A stretch of DNA of 59,781 nt, the filler included, from Sluysia triapertura (Eukaryota): the NCBI GenBank assembly GCA_046118255.1. It is 4 parts of 4 records of this genome, joined end to end, with 100 filler letters (N's around TTAATTAATTAA, not from the genome) between each part and the next. Parts side by side here need not be neighbours in the genome. Positions count along the whole stretch, not along the records: positions 33,640 to 45,235 come from JBJNIA010183035.1; positions 45,336 to 59,781 come from JBJNIA010258848.1; 2 more parts are not named here. One strand, written 5' to 3'. Below, piece by piece: positions 38,960 to 53,300 of the stretch. The notes beneath the pieces are model-generated. The model did not search any database, was not told the DNA's origin, and saw only the letters and a program-made list of their open reading frames with translations. Made by a program: the position numbers and the translations under genes. Each line of letters starts with the position of its first letter. Position 1 is the stretch's first letter.

Positions 38960-39780
38960 TAATTAATTTGATTAAAAATTGTTCAGTTTAATAATTTCGT
39001 GAACAATGTCTGCACATGATAAAATAACATTAGAATTAGTGTGTAACGATGAATTTTATTAATATTTCTAGTGTAAAAATTAGTTATTTTAATTAGTTTT
39101 TAAAATTAAATTTATATATGTCATAATGTTTAATTATAATTAAAGTATATATTAAATTAATACTCATGAAGATACCAACTCAAATCGACCTGCGACGTAC
39201 GGCTGACCCATGAGCTTTTTATAGTTTTATGTTTAATTTAAGTTGATACATTATGTTAATTACAAGATATTAATATGAATAATGATATTGAGTTTTGATT
39301 GAATTATATTGAAAAGATAAGAGGATTGTTCATCACGAATCCCAATATCTTTGGAATTGGAAGCCGACGGAAATTACTGTTGCAGTTTAATTATTGAAAT
39401 TGGTCGGTTCTGAACGACTAAAAGAAATGAGAAGTAATTATTTCCATTTTCCAATTTTTAATATCCTAAGTAATTACCCAACTACAATACATAAACAATC
39501 GCATTCTTTTAATAAAATGAAAACAAAATAACTGGACGACTATTAGGAGAGCTGCCTCAACTCATGTGTGATAAACCCTGCGATTGCGGACTTATCTTTA
39601 GTGAATGACTAAATCTTAGTAAGCAATATTTTATCGTTATTGTTAGTGACTTGTGTTTTTATTATTTTATTATTATTAATAAATAATACGGACGTCAACA
39701 TTTATCGTGTTGTGTCATCCAAGGAATGTTTTTATTGAACAATTGTATACAGACAGTGATTTATAATTAATAATTGATAA
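38960..39780 (+). repeat. Dispersed repeat family, copy 3 of 3
   Basis: Colinear with 12550-12890 and 8570-9260. Confidence 0.8.
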
Positions 39781-40374
39781 TTTATTTGTTATTTCTGTGA
39801 TATTTAAAATATGTCGAGATTACGAATTTATTCAACTATTATTAAATTTATTCAACTATTATTAAATTTATGTTGAATATTTTGAATAAACACACAACAT
39901 ATATAATAATAAAATAGTTTATGCATTCGAAGTTTATGTTATCTATAAGATTTAAGATGTTAAAAATTAAATTTATTTTATTGTTGAATTCAATATTAAA
40001 AATTCAAATATTATCATGATTTAATACATTTAGTAATTGTTGTCATAGTAGTGACCTGTTTCCACAACAGCAGCAATAGTAACAACAAAAATAATAATTA
40101 AATATCATATCATATCATGTTTATGTTTACATTATATAATTTTGTATTCAGAACATATGTATAAATTTATTAATGAACTTATGCTTTATTGTTGCAATAA
40201 ATAATACAATAGATAAATGATGCTGTTGTTACTGCCGCTATTGTTCAGAGAAATGATGATGATAATGGTGATAATGATGAAACATTTACATTTTAAAATC
40301 ATTTTACGAATAAATCTAATTTGTTAGAATATACTTTTCGGCAGTATTTTTAATATTCTTTATTTGATATTTCT

Positions 40375-40665
40375 NNNNNNNNNNNNNNNNNNNNNNNNNN
40401 NNNNNNNNNNNNNNNNNNNNNNNNNNNNNNNNNNNNNNNNNNNNNNNNNNNNNNNNNNNNNNNNNNNNNNNNNNNNNNNNNNNNNNNNNNNNNNNNNNNN
40501 NNNNNNNNNNNNNNNNNNNNNNNNNNNNNNNNNNNNNNNNNNNNNNNNNNNNNNNNNNNNNNNNNNNNNNNNNNNNNNNNNNNNNNNNNNNNNNNNNNNN
40601 NNNNNNNNNNNNNNNNNNNNNNNNNNNNNNNNNNNNNNNNNNNNNNNNNNNNNNNNNNNNNNNNN
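40375..40665. other. Assembly gap
   Basis: Run of N. Confidence 0.99.
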
Positions 40666-40756
40666 ATATTAATAACTAATAATAATTGTAATATTATTAG
40701 TTATAGTAATAATATTAATAACTAATAATAATTATAATAATAAAATAACACTAATA

Positions 40757-40806
<50 letters not shown>
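40757..40806 (+). repeat. (AAT)n microsatellite
   Basis: Direct trinucleotide repeat; similar (ATT)n tracts at 45188-45235 and 45930-45968. Confidence 0.95.
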
Positions 40807-40808
<2 letters not shown>

Positions 40809-41081
40809 GCAGTTACCTTGTACAACAATGAAAATATAGTCAATAATTTCTTTTAAATAAGAATCTTCTTTATAGATTTATCATTTATTTGTTTACATAT
40901 ATACACATATTCTTTTTGAATATTATTTTTTGGACTTTTCTTATATATTTTGGATTTAATATAAGAAAATAATTAAAAATTATAAATATTTTCTATTTAC
41001 AGTAATAAATAAATAATTTTAAATAAAATCTGCAAGTATTTCTCTTTCAATTTACTAATGCTTTTATTGGTCAATATTTAG

Positions 41082-41770
41082 ACCAATTACAATTTACTGG
41101 AAGGAAGTAAATACCCAGAAAAATGGAGAATTTATTTGGAAAGAGTAAATGAAATAATTCGTGATGGTTTGTCAGTGGCAATCCAGAATGACTTAGACTA
41201 TTTGTTAAACCAAACTGAAGATCGCGTGTCGAATACACCGTTTTTCGTTGTCAAAATGGATTTACAAGTGAGTTTGATTTATTAAAAATTAATTTTGTTT
41301 GTTTATGTTTCTGTAGTTCCCAGAAATTCGTTACTGTCCTCCACTGTCGATGAATATTCCAGAAAATCTTTATGATCTGTTTGATTCCATCTTGGCGGAC
41401 ATTTTCAGACAAGGACAGTACATGAAGCGACTGATTCCGGATTCACTCGGTGTAGAAAGTTATCAAGTTTGTTTGACAATATTAAATTATTTATTTTATT
41501 GATTTCTGAATATTTATTTATTAGGCTGAACTCGAAATTATGGATGGTCTTAATGAACTTCGAAGTCGCTTATTGAATGAACGAGTTGAACCGTGTATGG
41601 CTGAAGCGGAAGATTATGAAAAAACATTTTCAAATTATTCGTACTTGTGGACATCAGATACTGATGAATTTTTGCGGCAATTTTTAATTTATGGTAGACA
41701 AATTACAGACGAAGAATTAGTCGAAGGAATTCCCGAAAATCCGCCAACTTTAGAAGAATATCGCGAGCAG
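41082..41770 (+). CDS. Axonemal outer-arm dynein beta-type heavy chain (DNAH9/11/17 family), three internal tail exons: 41082-41267, 41317-41466, 41525-41770
   Basis: GT-AG introns of 49 and 58 nt, all phase 0. The spliced protein WRIYLERVNEIIRDGL...PFFVVKMDLQFPEIRYCPPL...FSNYSYLWTSDTDEFLRQFLIYGRQITDEELVEGIPENPPTLEEYREQ matches DNAH9 FSQYSYLY...QFLLYG...GIPENPP. Confidence 0.93.
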
Positions 41771-41901
41771 GTGCATTTAATAATAATAAAAAATAATAAT
41801 AATTAATATTTATAAATATAATAAAATTAAAGAGAAATGTAAAGAATTTTCAGAATGTATTTGAAATCATTTTCATAAACACTTTTATAAACCAGGAAAT
41901 A

Positions 41902-42420
41902 TACAAGGGATCCAAAAGTAACCGAACGGCAAACTTAAATAAAAATTAGATATCAAAAACGATAAATTTAATAGATACATTTAGTATTTACAAATGTTCA
42001 AAAGGTCAATAGAAGCACTACATCTTTTGACAACAATGCGACATACTTTCTTGCAAGTTTCCTCCGAAATTTGGTTCATTCGTGTTGAATTCTCTGTTTT
42101 AGTTGATCAATTGTCCTAAGATTTTTAGCGTAAACTGTTTTCGTTAGAACTCCTCATAGAAAAAAATCAGGGGCTGTCCGATCTGGAGATCTATCAGGCC
42201 ATTCTATCGGTCCTCGAAGTCCAATCAAACGTACAGGAAATGTTTCATCAAGCCATTGTCGAACATCTTTGATGCAGCAGGTGCTGCATCTTGTTGAAAA
42301 TAAAGATCACCGAAGTAGGGGAACTCATTAACAATAGGAAACAGTTTAGTCTTCATCATATCAAGGTAACGTTCACTATTAACAGTTCTTTCAAATTTGG
42401 ATACAAGATTGAACACTGTC
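41902..42420 (-). mobile_element. Tc1/mariner (DDxD, rosa/maT-like) transposase 3' part with a probable terminal repeat
   Basis: TVNSERYLDMM...LYFQQDAAP, VRQWLDETFPVRLIGLRGPIEWPDRSPDRTAPDFFL*GVL match FQQDGAP and WPxRSPDLTPxDFFLWG. A TA-CAAGGG..CCAAAAGTAACC terminus lies at about 41902. Confidence 0.9.
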
Positions 42421-42978
42421 GGTCTACTCGATACAGGTGTTCTGAAGTTTGCTTCCCATATTTCTTCGACATATTTGTAGCTAGTCTTTGCATAGTAATT
42501 CTTAATAACGAAGATACGTCCTTTGCTGCATTTTAAGAATGAGGATCCAGAAGCAATGAGAGAACTAAATCAATAAGATTATGCAACAAAAATCATTCCA
42601 AAGTCTAGAAAGTGAAAGTGAACCGAAACAAATAATAGTACGCGTCAACGAGAAGAAAACGAATGCACCAGAAGTTAATACAATCCTTCTAGGTCTTACT
42701 AGATATAGAAAACATTGAAAAGAACACAAGTTTGCAAGATGGCCATAAAATTAAGCCTTAAGTAGATGAGATAGTCCTCATAAAGCTAAGGTACGAGAAT
42801 ATTAATGAAAATTGCCTTATTAGAGAGAACCGAAACACTCAAAGCCTTAATGAATGTTACAATACTAATTAACGATGCAATAAATTTAATAGTGGAACTG
42901 TTGTGACTACGAGAGTAAGGAAACTATTGATTTAATGAAAATGAATAATCCCAATTTCAAAGATGCATCTTCTTAGAG

Positions 42979-43184
42979 CAGGGATTCCCACTAATTTTTA
43001 TTCGCGACCCAATTTGTGACTCGAATATTTCTGGCGACCTAACAAAGAAACAAAATATATTTGAAAAACTATTTTAAATGTGTTGACGCTTCACGTTTAT
43101 TGTAGTAGATTTGCAAAAACTGAAGCTTATTTGCTTTTTAAATAAAATATAAAATCTCCGCGACCCATTGTTTGGGAACCGCCG
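42979..43184 (+). mobile_element. hAT (Charlie/Buster-like) MITE, about 206 bp
   Basis: Imperfect TIRs CAGGGATTCCCA / TGGGAACCGCCG and subterminal CGCGACCCA motifs; second copy at 33640-33771. Confidence 0.8.
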
Positions 43185-45187
43185 ATATATATAGATAAGA
43201 AGTGTATTTTATACACTTTACAATACAGTTGTTTTGTTTATTCATAATAAAACCATAATTTTTTTAACTGAAATATTTTTAAACCTATATCACAAAATAC
43301 ATCCTATATTTGATTTAAATTATATTTTTGTTTTACATTTAATCAATTTTCTTTTTTGATGTTATTTTTTCTTTGATATGTTTTATCTTTTACAAACAAT
43401 TTTTCAACAATTTTCTTTAATTGATTTTGTCATTTGTATTTACAAAAAGAAAATTTTCTTTGTGCTTGTTTAAGAATAATTTTCTAATAAAAATGTTCTA
43501 TATATTCACATGAAACAATGTCAATTTGTTGTATTAGAAAAAATAATTCCTTTCTATTTTCAAAAAAGGATGGTTTATTTTATTTCTTTTTTTGTATATT
43601 GTTACAATTTGTCTGAAAATTAACAATAAAATGTATTTGTTTTAATTTCTAAATGTCTTTGTAAAATAAAAGTTTGGAATTGATAATTTGATATTTATTT
43701 TAATTTATTTTTGTATATTGTTAATGTCACATATTCGATTGATTTTTTGAATTATTATTAATGGTTTTTCGGAAAAGTTTTATTTAATTCAAAAGTTTAA
43801 TTTTCCCTTTTTATTTTTTCAAGAATTTAGTAATTAATAATAATTAATAATAATAATTAATAATAATTAATAGTAATTTAGTAATTAATAATAACTTATA
43901 ATAATTTTGAAAGACCTATTTTAATACTAAAGCGACTGCAAATTTGAATTTATAAATTTTAATTATATATCTTTATTTCTTGCGTAAACTTTATGTAATT
44001 AAACCTTTAAATTTTATGGTAAAGATATTAGAAAGCAATATAAAACTTTATTTTAGCATGAACCAACATCTTAGACTTCAAAAGATCAATGAAATTCAAA
44101 GTTTTTCATCAATGTTTGTAATGTATACACTGATTTTTATTATTTTAAAAACATTCTTAATGTAAATTTTCTTTTGCTATTGCCATTGTTATTATCATTA
44201 TTGTCGTTAATTGTATTATTATATTGTAATGAACCAATATCTTGCGTACACTCAATCACTTATAAGAGATTTACATATTAAACAAGTACTAAATAACAGT
44301 TCCTATGTTTTCTTAGACTTCTCAGATACCTTTTACAATCTTACTACACTATTATTTCACTATTTCCATAATTTTTATCATATAAAATATAATTAATAAA
44401 TCAATTTTAATTATAGTTGGCGTAAAAATTTATTTTATTATTGTAATTATTAATATACATTTTTAATTTATTTTTTAAATTTATTATTATAAATTTGAAT
44501 TTCAAATTATTTATTTATTTATTATTATTATTATTAATTTTATTTTTAATAATTATTTTTATTTTAATTTATTATTTAATTTATTTTATTATTGTAATTA
44601 TTAATTATTTTGTTTAAATTATTAATATACATTTTTATTTCATTTTCTAAATTTATTATTATAAATTTGAATTTTAAATTATTTATTTATTTATTATTAT
44701 TATTAATTTTCTTTTTAATAATTATTTTTATTATAATAAAAAATATGAAACCTTTAGAGCCACAAAATAAAAGTATAAAATTTAAAAAAAGAAAATACTC
44801 TACATGTGCTATTAAGTATGTGACAACTTCTTTGGTATAATGAGTCAATATCTTAAGTGCATCTTCATCAAACATTATTATATCTTTCCACTTTTCTTTA
44901 TTTACTTTCAGAACAATCGCTTTAAAAATTATTATTGGTTTATAATTAACACTATTGTACATTTTTATTTTTATTTGATTAATACTCAGATTATAATTTT
45001 TTATTCATAATTTAATCACTTTTAAAAAATATTCACAATTAATATTGTTGTAGTACTAACATCTCATATAAAATAAATTTATCTTTATAAATATAATTAT
45101 TACAACAAATTAAAAATGAATTGTCATAGTTTCAATTGTTATTATTTTTATTTGTCATTGCAATTTATACCCTTTAAAAATATAACG

Positions 45188-45235
<48 letters not shown>

Positions 45236-45335
45236 NNNNNNNNNNNNNNNNNNNNNNNNNNNNNNNNNNNNNNNNNNNNTTAATTAATTAANNNNNNNNN
45301 NNNNNNNNNNNNNNNNNNNNNNNNNNNNNNNNNNN
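45236..45335. other. Scaffolding linker
   Basis: N run, TTAATTAATTAA, N run. Confidence 0.97.
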
Positions 45336-45927
45336 ATCAAATATTTTGTGTTCATATAATTAAACAATTGTCAAAATAAAATAATATAATTAAACAATTG
45401 TCAAAATAAAATGTTCATTATTTCTGCATTATGTGCTTATGTGCAGTGCATTTCTGACAACAATCAAAGTGACTATCTTCGTACTGAAAATTCAGTATCA
45501 AATCCATTTATATTTTCAACTTAACTTTTCATGTATATACATTAATCTGATGAAGACAAGAAGGTCCATCAATTCCAAGATTACCCATGAGGCTAACCAT
45601 AACGGCCATGTCAAGATCATGTCTTTGGTAATTTTTGATTCTTTTCATTTAATTCATTGTTTTATTATGTTGTACGTGCACAGTACTCGGATTTACAAAA
45701 TGCCACGTGGTGCAGTAAAAAATTCAAGAATTCTGAGCTCAAGATTCTACAACAATTTAAAGTTCTTACATCTATTCTATTATATGTTAAATAAAATTTC
45801 GTGTCTAGTTCATTACAAAAACTTTGTTATTTATATAAATAAAGATAACGTAACCTTTGAAAGAATTAGATATATGTTAAAAAAAGTGAACATGAATCAT
45901 GAAGTAAAGTATTATTTCATAATTATT

Positions 45928-45967
<40 letters not shown>

Positions 45968-47128
45968 CATAATTATTATTTCATTATTATTGAATAATAA
46001 ATTTACCCATATTAGTTTAGTCATAAGACTATGTAATCCAGTGACATCTAACATTAAATTTACATTAAATAAGTATATAAATGTTAACATAAATCGAATA
46101 ACTTTTAATATAACTCTAAAATTTTATACAGATAACGAACTTATTTCTCTAATTTGGAAACCTGACCAAATACTTATATTACCAAATTGGTGTCAGGTTT
46201 TCAACATCATTACATTCCTAAAATCGTGTTAGTAAAATCTTAAGTGAAGAGATTGAACCACTACAGTCGGATTATATTAATGAAAATATTTGTAGATTAT
46301 CCTTTTTAGTGAAACTAATCCAGTATTTAAAAATTAATTGCAAAAAATGTATAAATAAAATTTCATCACAATAAACATTAAATGCTTCAACATACGAGAA
46401 TTTGCACATATGGCAAAAATTCCGTGATGCCTGGGGAAATTCAAAGCAGGAAGTACAATTAAATAACGATTCTTTTCTTGATGAAAATAATTATTATGAA
46501 AAAGAGGAATAAAATGTGAATAAAAACTGAAATCACCAAATAGTATCACCATTTTCTGTAATTTCTGGTGAAATTATTCAAATAGTATAGTATTTGGCGA
46601 TATCCGTTATAGTAAGTGATCATTTAATCTTTACTAAAGTTAATTTTAAGTATATTTTGAAGTTTGAAATATAATTTAGAGTTTAACGCTAATCAATAAT
46701 AAATTCATATATTTTATATTAAATTTTAATTTACAATATAAATTCATTATTAAAAAAAGACCAATAAAAATAAATTTTTATAAAGATATAATATTTATCA
46801 ATACTATTAATAAATGAGCGGTCCTAGCTTTACATAAGTTAATTTTAAGTATATCATTTTAAGAAATTGAAATGCTGATTAAATGATGCAGTACGTATAA
46901 AAGCGTAGGAATTAATTGAAAAAAGCAACGTGGGATGTTTGTGATTAGTGAATTTGCGTAGGTATGCTCTACATTTTAAAAATGTTGCTGGATGTAAAAA
47001 GTTGAAATAAATTCTGGTTGATAATTAATGTCTAAAGGAAAATAAAATGTTAGTTGAATCCTGATTATTGTGTTATTACAAATACAAATTTAATATTTGA
47101 TTGGTATATTTTGAAACTGAAATTTTAG

Positions 47129-50100
47129 ATGCATGATGAATTTATTAATGATCTATGGGCAATAGGTCCTTTATCATACGTTTCAGAGTAATAATTTTAT
47201 TTTAAGTTATCCAGTGTAATCTATGTATATATTTAAGAAATCATGTTAAATTCCAAACTAGTAGTCTTTTCAAAGAAAATGTAATTGAATTTACAGCCGG
47301 TGCTATGGGAGGTTTGTTTTATTGCTTTTTATAATAATAAGAATTAATATAATTTGTTCATTTATTATTTTATAAATATGAATTGTTACAGTAGTTTTAT
47401 TTAGTAAATTCAAAATTCAAAACGATATTCATAGCATAAGTTGTTATATTAAAACATTAATAGAATATATTTTATGCAATGATTCTAATTCAGCTATTAA
47501 AAAATTACATTGAAATTATTGCAATTATTTTGCAAATTAAAATCTCATTAATTAAATTAATTACGAATAAGTAATAAAATTTTAACATTTTCTAAATTAC
47601 TATTTAATTTAAGTTATTATTTACTAATTAAGTAAAGTAATCTTATTTTTTCAACTGGGTATAAGAATAATGAAAATATTTTTGTGGTTTTATGATTATG
47701 TACTATTTAAATATTGAAACAAATTTAAAAAATAAAACATAAAACATTGAATAAATTAATATGTTATTGAAAAATGAGTTTTAGATAAAAGGCAATTAAT
47801 TTCAAATTATAGTCGCAAGAAAACTGGATCAGTTAAGTTTTTTCAGTAACTAAAAATGCTAATAAATAGTAAAAGAAACAAAAATTTGATTTAAATAATT
47901 AATCACTCTAAATCCTCAGTAACAAAGACACTAACCATAAAAAATCTGCATGAAACTAAAGTTACACAACGAAAAAAAGTATTAATTAATATTTGTAATA
48001 TTTATCCTCAGACATTAATATTTGTGATTACTCCTATTTATTTTCGAGACTGTTTCCAAAATAGCTTGTTCTTTTCTCTTTAATCGAAACAGTGATATTG
48101 TGACAAGGTTAAAGATGTATTTCGTACAATTTTACTTAATTTTTGGAAAAAATGTCGACATTTTATTCATTTTTCCTTATGTAAATTGCGTTAGATTGAA
48201 GAATTTATTTTTAAAATTTAGAACTACATCAAGGCTCTTATTCGTCAATTCTAATCTCTTATTCGTCAATTCTAATCTCTTATTCGTCAATTCTAATCTC
48301 TTATTCGTCATTTCTTATTGCACTTAGTCGAATTCTTGGTATGAAAGTAAATTAGTGATTTATTTTAAACAATGTTATGGTGAAGATTATTAAACTGAAA
48401 TTGGGTAAACAATGACTTACAATTTAAATGCACAGCTTCTAATTAAGTGTATTAAAACACGATTTTTTTCAGATAAATATAATGATAAAATATTTGTGCG
48501 TGACTTAATTAAAAAGAAGAAATAAACGTAAGTTTGTAAGGTGCAATAAGCAAAGATTGACATTTCAAAAAATGTTAAAGACTGTAAAAGCTTGAGTAAT
48601 ATCCTTATTGTTCGTATAAAAATTCAAAAGCAGTCGATAATGTGATTGATAGATATCAAGTACAAAAATCTTAAGCAGAATACACTTGACGCGGAGAGTG
48701 GCTTTTGAGAGCATTTTATCAGTAAGTCACTCTAAAGTTCTAAAATGACATTTAAAAACTTGTTTTAGTCCTAAAATACAAAGATATCGTTACTAGATAT
48801 AAATAAGTAAAACAAAAAGAAATATATGAACGAAGACTGGAAATAAATAATAAGAAATATGCAATTTCCTATGTAGGAATCATTCAAGCTTTACCTGTAT
48901 AAAATTCTTGCAATTTTTCATAAATATGAAATCTGTCTCATTGACTTTACAAATAAATAATAGATCACCTATGAGGTTAAAAGTTTTTATTTGTCTAAAT
49001 GTTTTATAAATTTATAAATGTATAAACAATATTGAAAATAGTTTTAAATTAACAATTAAATATTTTTCTTTTTTTAATCGAACTTATAAAAAATTTTAAA
49101 ATTTTAGGTTCAGCTGGTTTATTCGTTGGACATCCTCTTGATACCGTTAAAACAGTAACTCAAAATTCCAACAAAAGAATGGCAATTTCAGAAGGATTTT
49201 ATGGAATTGGGCAGCATGGATATGTACTTTTTAAATATTTTTTCACATGTAAATTATTAAAATAAAAAATATAATTCTAATTAAACTTAATTAAGAAGTA
49301 AATAAATAACTTGACCTCATAATCACAAAAATACCTTATGCTCTGCCATTTTCTAAAATACTAGAAAGATTGTACATAAAACACAAGAATTGAAAAATGC
49401 AATTTTGAAAATTTTGAGATGAGCCGAGTGAAACCAACTTTTAAAATGAGAAAAAATGCATATTAACCACTATGCATTTCATAAATATATGCAAAGATGG
49501 GTTCATTTGATGTAATTAAGTTTTTAATCAAGTTGACCGTACAATAAAATTAATTATGGGGAGCGAAATTGTAGAAAAATTACAAATATAAATGAATGAA
49601 ATTATAAAATTAATCGGTCATATGTAAAGTAATGTTTTTGGATTTTTAAATAAAAGCTTTGCGTTGGTTGTTTATATGTTACTGTCACTGTTTATTAATA
49701 TGCACTTTGAAGGTAGTTAGAGACAGTTTAAAAATAAATTAATGAAATTATAGATATCAAAATATCTGCAAACACTCATTCATATGTATCTTCATAAACA
49801 CCGAGAAGTGCTTACAAATACATTTAACTAATAGGGTAGAAATAGGAAAATAGCATGTAACATGAAAGAAGGCACTTAATTAACTTCCGGGATTGAATTC
49901 AGATGCCAGTAAAACTTGAAAAACCCGCTAAAAAGTGAGTACTAACAGACACAAACAGATGCACATATATAATTAACTGGTAGATAGAGAAATTAGCTAT
50001 GCAGTCATTATAAAATTCAATACATAAGTTATTATGGAATTGAATTGATTAGAAAGTGAAATATTGATTAATTGGAAGCTGATTATATAGAATATCTTAT

Positions 50101-51775
50101 CTTATAAAACGTGAATAGGGAAAAAAGCTGTATAAATGTTAGAAATTTGAATAAGCATTCATTATTAAAACTATTTACCAGCATTTTCTGAACTTCGTTT
50201 TTGAAAATTTTGGTTTCAGCAATAATAAAATAAAGTAATGTAGCATGAAATAAAATAAAAATAATTCTTGATCCAGGGATTTTAGACCGAAACTGAACCT
50301 ATCTCTAATATCAAATACAAGTTAAAATTATGAATGTTCATATTAGTGTTCTAAACGTATTTGATATTAGTTAAAGCATTGTGATAATTTAAATTAAACG
50401 TTTCCAATTGTAGAGCCAAAACAAAATAATCTCATAAAATTAAAAGCGACCGTTTTATAAAGATTAAAATTGCCTAAAGTTTGCGAATAATTTTACAGTG
50501 AGTAAAATAATAGATTAAACTTAAACTTTTGCACAACAAAGTAATAAACAATGATGTTTCTTAATGAAATTCTAGAATCACAATTTTTAATAATTTATGA
50601 CTTCGCCAGTGATCCAAGTCTTAAGGACTCGATCATAGAATTTTAAATATAAAATAATTAAGTGAGAAAGAATATTTGAATACAAAAATCTTATAGAGGT
50701 TGTGTAATTCTTGGAGTCAGTAGAATATAATATTCATAATGTACTAGTTTGATAAAGTTATGTAGATTCGGGTTGAGTTCATTAACTCTTGAGGGTTATT
50801 TTTCTAGCTTTAGCTAGTTTAAATTAAATGATATAATTGAGTCATTTTAAACTAGGACGAAAAATAAGATTTATCGTCGTATTTAAACCGACGTGAAAAA
50901 CTTTATAAATGCAACGAATTTTATAAGGTCAAGATTATGTAATTTAATCGTTTATATTTTAAATCCCATTAAAGAGGACCTGTAAAAATGGTACGAGCAG
51001 ATTTAGTGTTTGGATGGTTTGGTGGCAATCGAATGACGCAATTCATACTTCAAATGATAACAAGAAAGTGTACTGATCTATTTCAAAGTAAATGATCTAT
51101 TTCCAAAGCAAATAAAATTAAAATTAAAACGATTAAAAATAAAATTTCTATTCTGTTCGTATAATAATAGTAATAATAACAATAGATATACACGAAATAT
51201 ACCTAATTTCTTATTATAAATTACATAAATTTAAAGTGCTACATAAATTATAAAAAATTAAACAGTCAATAGATCGGAATTTCAACAGTAGTAAATGTAA
51301 CATTTTTGAATTTTCAAAGTCTTATAGAATTTCAAAAGAATTAAAATCGTAAATAATTTTGATTCAAAAAAATTGTGTTATTTTTATTTTAATATTTTTT
51401 TCACTGTTTGTGATGTGATGTCAATCTAACATTTACATTTAGTTTTAGTTTATGTACAAAAACATTTAAAAACTGCATCTTTAACGGAGAACTATACTAT
51501 TTTTATCTAAAACAAAACTAAACAATTATTCGTAAAAAATTTTTAATATTTAAATATTAAGAAAACTTTCTACCGTGGTCTTAGTCTACCTTTTTGGTCT
51601 TATGCGGTATCAAATGCAGTAATATTTTCGAGCCATGGTTTTGCGCAACGTCATATAGATCCAGAAAAGACATCTACTTTAGCTAGTATCATATGTGGTG
51701 CATTTGCAGGATTTTGTCAATTAATTCCTGCTACTCCAGTAGAAGTTATTAAAATTCGAATGCAAAGTGATGCTA
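47129..51775 (+). CDS. SLC25 mitochondrial carrier (SLC25A29/45/48-like), 5' part; exons 47129-47187, 47238-47311, 49108-49223, 51562-51775
   Basis: Phase-consistent GT-AG splicing gives MHDEF...IEFTAGAMGGSAGLFVGHPLDTVKTVTQ...KTFYRGLSLPFWSYAVSNAVIF...ICGAFAGFCQLIPATPVEVIKIRMQ, with two Px[DE]xxKxx Q carrier signatures. The 3' exons were not found. Confidence 0.92.
48236..48310 (+). repeat. 21-bp minisatellite, about 3.5 copies (intronic)
   Basis: CTCTTATTCGTCAATTCTAAT tandem. Confidence 0.95.
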
Positions 51776-53225
51776 GTAAGTATTATTATTACTTATTTAT
51801 TTAGGAAAATTAGTTTTAGTAGAAATTCTAAATTAATTGTAATTTCAATATTATTTTAATAACTATGATCGACAAATTAGTTACGCGTTTCTTTTATAAT
51901 TTTAATGCTTATACATCCATATACGTTCATTAAGTACTGAGTTTAAGATAGAAAAAAGTACAAATACAAGATTACATATTTAGCAAAATATTTGTTATTA
52001 AATATATTAAATATTAAATCGGTGATATATGCCATGCATAATTCTGCGATGGAAGATTTTCGGTTCAAAATTCAGAGAAAGTTTAAAATTTTTTCAATAT
52101 CAAGAAAGTTTTAAAAATGATTGAGCAACCGAACAACAATTGGAGGCAAAACATTACTACATGATCATATTTTTTAAATTCATTTATTTATATTCATTTA
52201 ACAAATCTGGAATATAATTTTCTAAAACTTACTAAAATTTATGAACGGATCCAACTACACTATTAACTCTCGATAAAATTCTCATAATGAGCTTATAATT
52301 TTCTTCCTAGTGATTTCCAATTTCAGTTGGTTTGCCAACTATTTTATTAAAACACTTTAATAGTTGCTTATGGTTCAACTTTATCCATATTTAAGTAAAT
52401 TTTCCCGAAATAAAATATATGAAAACAAAATGCATGCTTTGTTAACCTAGACATAAATACATAACGATTTACAAAACATCTACTCATTATTTAATGAACT
52501 TATCGTGTAAGTTTTATAGGATCATATATAAATAAGAATTGAACGAGTCAGTTATTTTATTTTAATATGAAACAATGACTAACACTAAAATTGTGAGTAA
52601 AATTAACATAACTATTTGTGAGTGTGTCCAAGTTTGTTTTCAGGCTCGAATTCATCAAAATTGTCTTCATCGACGAATTTATGATAGTGATTAGAACTGT
52701 TTGAAATTTAAGAAGGCTCTTATACAAGTCAGTATTTTCATTTACTTTGACCTAGTTTATATGAGACTCTGCTTTTTTGAGTACTTTTACTTTTTATTTA
52801 AATAGGTATGAAAGAATACTCTAAAATCACACAATCACTAATTTGAAAAACGTCGTACTCTTTTAAGTGAAATAAACATCTGAATAGTTCTTAATAAATA
52901 TGAAAACTAATATATAATGAATTATGCTTATCAAACAGTATTAATTAAGAAATATTATCCACTAACTGTGATTACACTAGGATTGTCGTGGGTATTCCTA
53001 AAAAATCATATTAAAAAAGGTAGAATAACGTTTCTGGATTGGGTACAACACTCGTAAATCCGATTATCTATTATCTGTTTGTTATTACATGTTTTGTGAT
53101 TAGTTCCTTCATATTCATAGCCTCTTAGAGCCTAATATTTCAAATTTAATGTAAATTTTTTATTTTTTCAATCGAGCACATATTTGAAACCTGATTTTTC
53201 ACTTTCAAACATTCCATCGATTTTC

Positions 53226-53300
53226 ATTGGCTGATGACTAGTATATAAATTAGCATCAGTTTAAAGAAAATCGCCATTTTATAATTTTCAGCGCCATTTG
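53226..53300 (+). promoter_or_regulatory. Promoter-like cassette: inverted CCAAT, TATATAAA and two CGCCATTT motifs
   Basis: ATTGG...TATATAAA...AAAATCGCCATTTT; the same downstream motif and similar spacing as at 14104-14140. Confidence 0.45.

Noticed and set aside
40364-40672. 102-aa ORF in the track
   Set aside because: It spans the N gap.
8158-42160. TGA at expected Trp positions (Polinton GSG*, 14-3-3 NL*T, transposase DFFL*G) suggesting an alternative genetic code
   Set aside because: These occur only in relics that also carry frameshifts and TAA/TAG stops; intact exons use TGG.
44400-45972. Hydrophobic ORFs (44610-44840, 45433-45972) as membrane proteins
   Set aside because: Their Ile/Leu/Phe runs come from low-complexity (ATT)n and AT-rich sequence.
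48236-48310. Short direct repeats as a possible CRISPR array
   Set aside because: Head-to-tail minisatellite without spacers, inside a eukaryotic intron.
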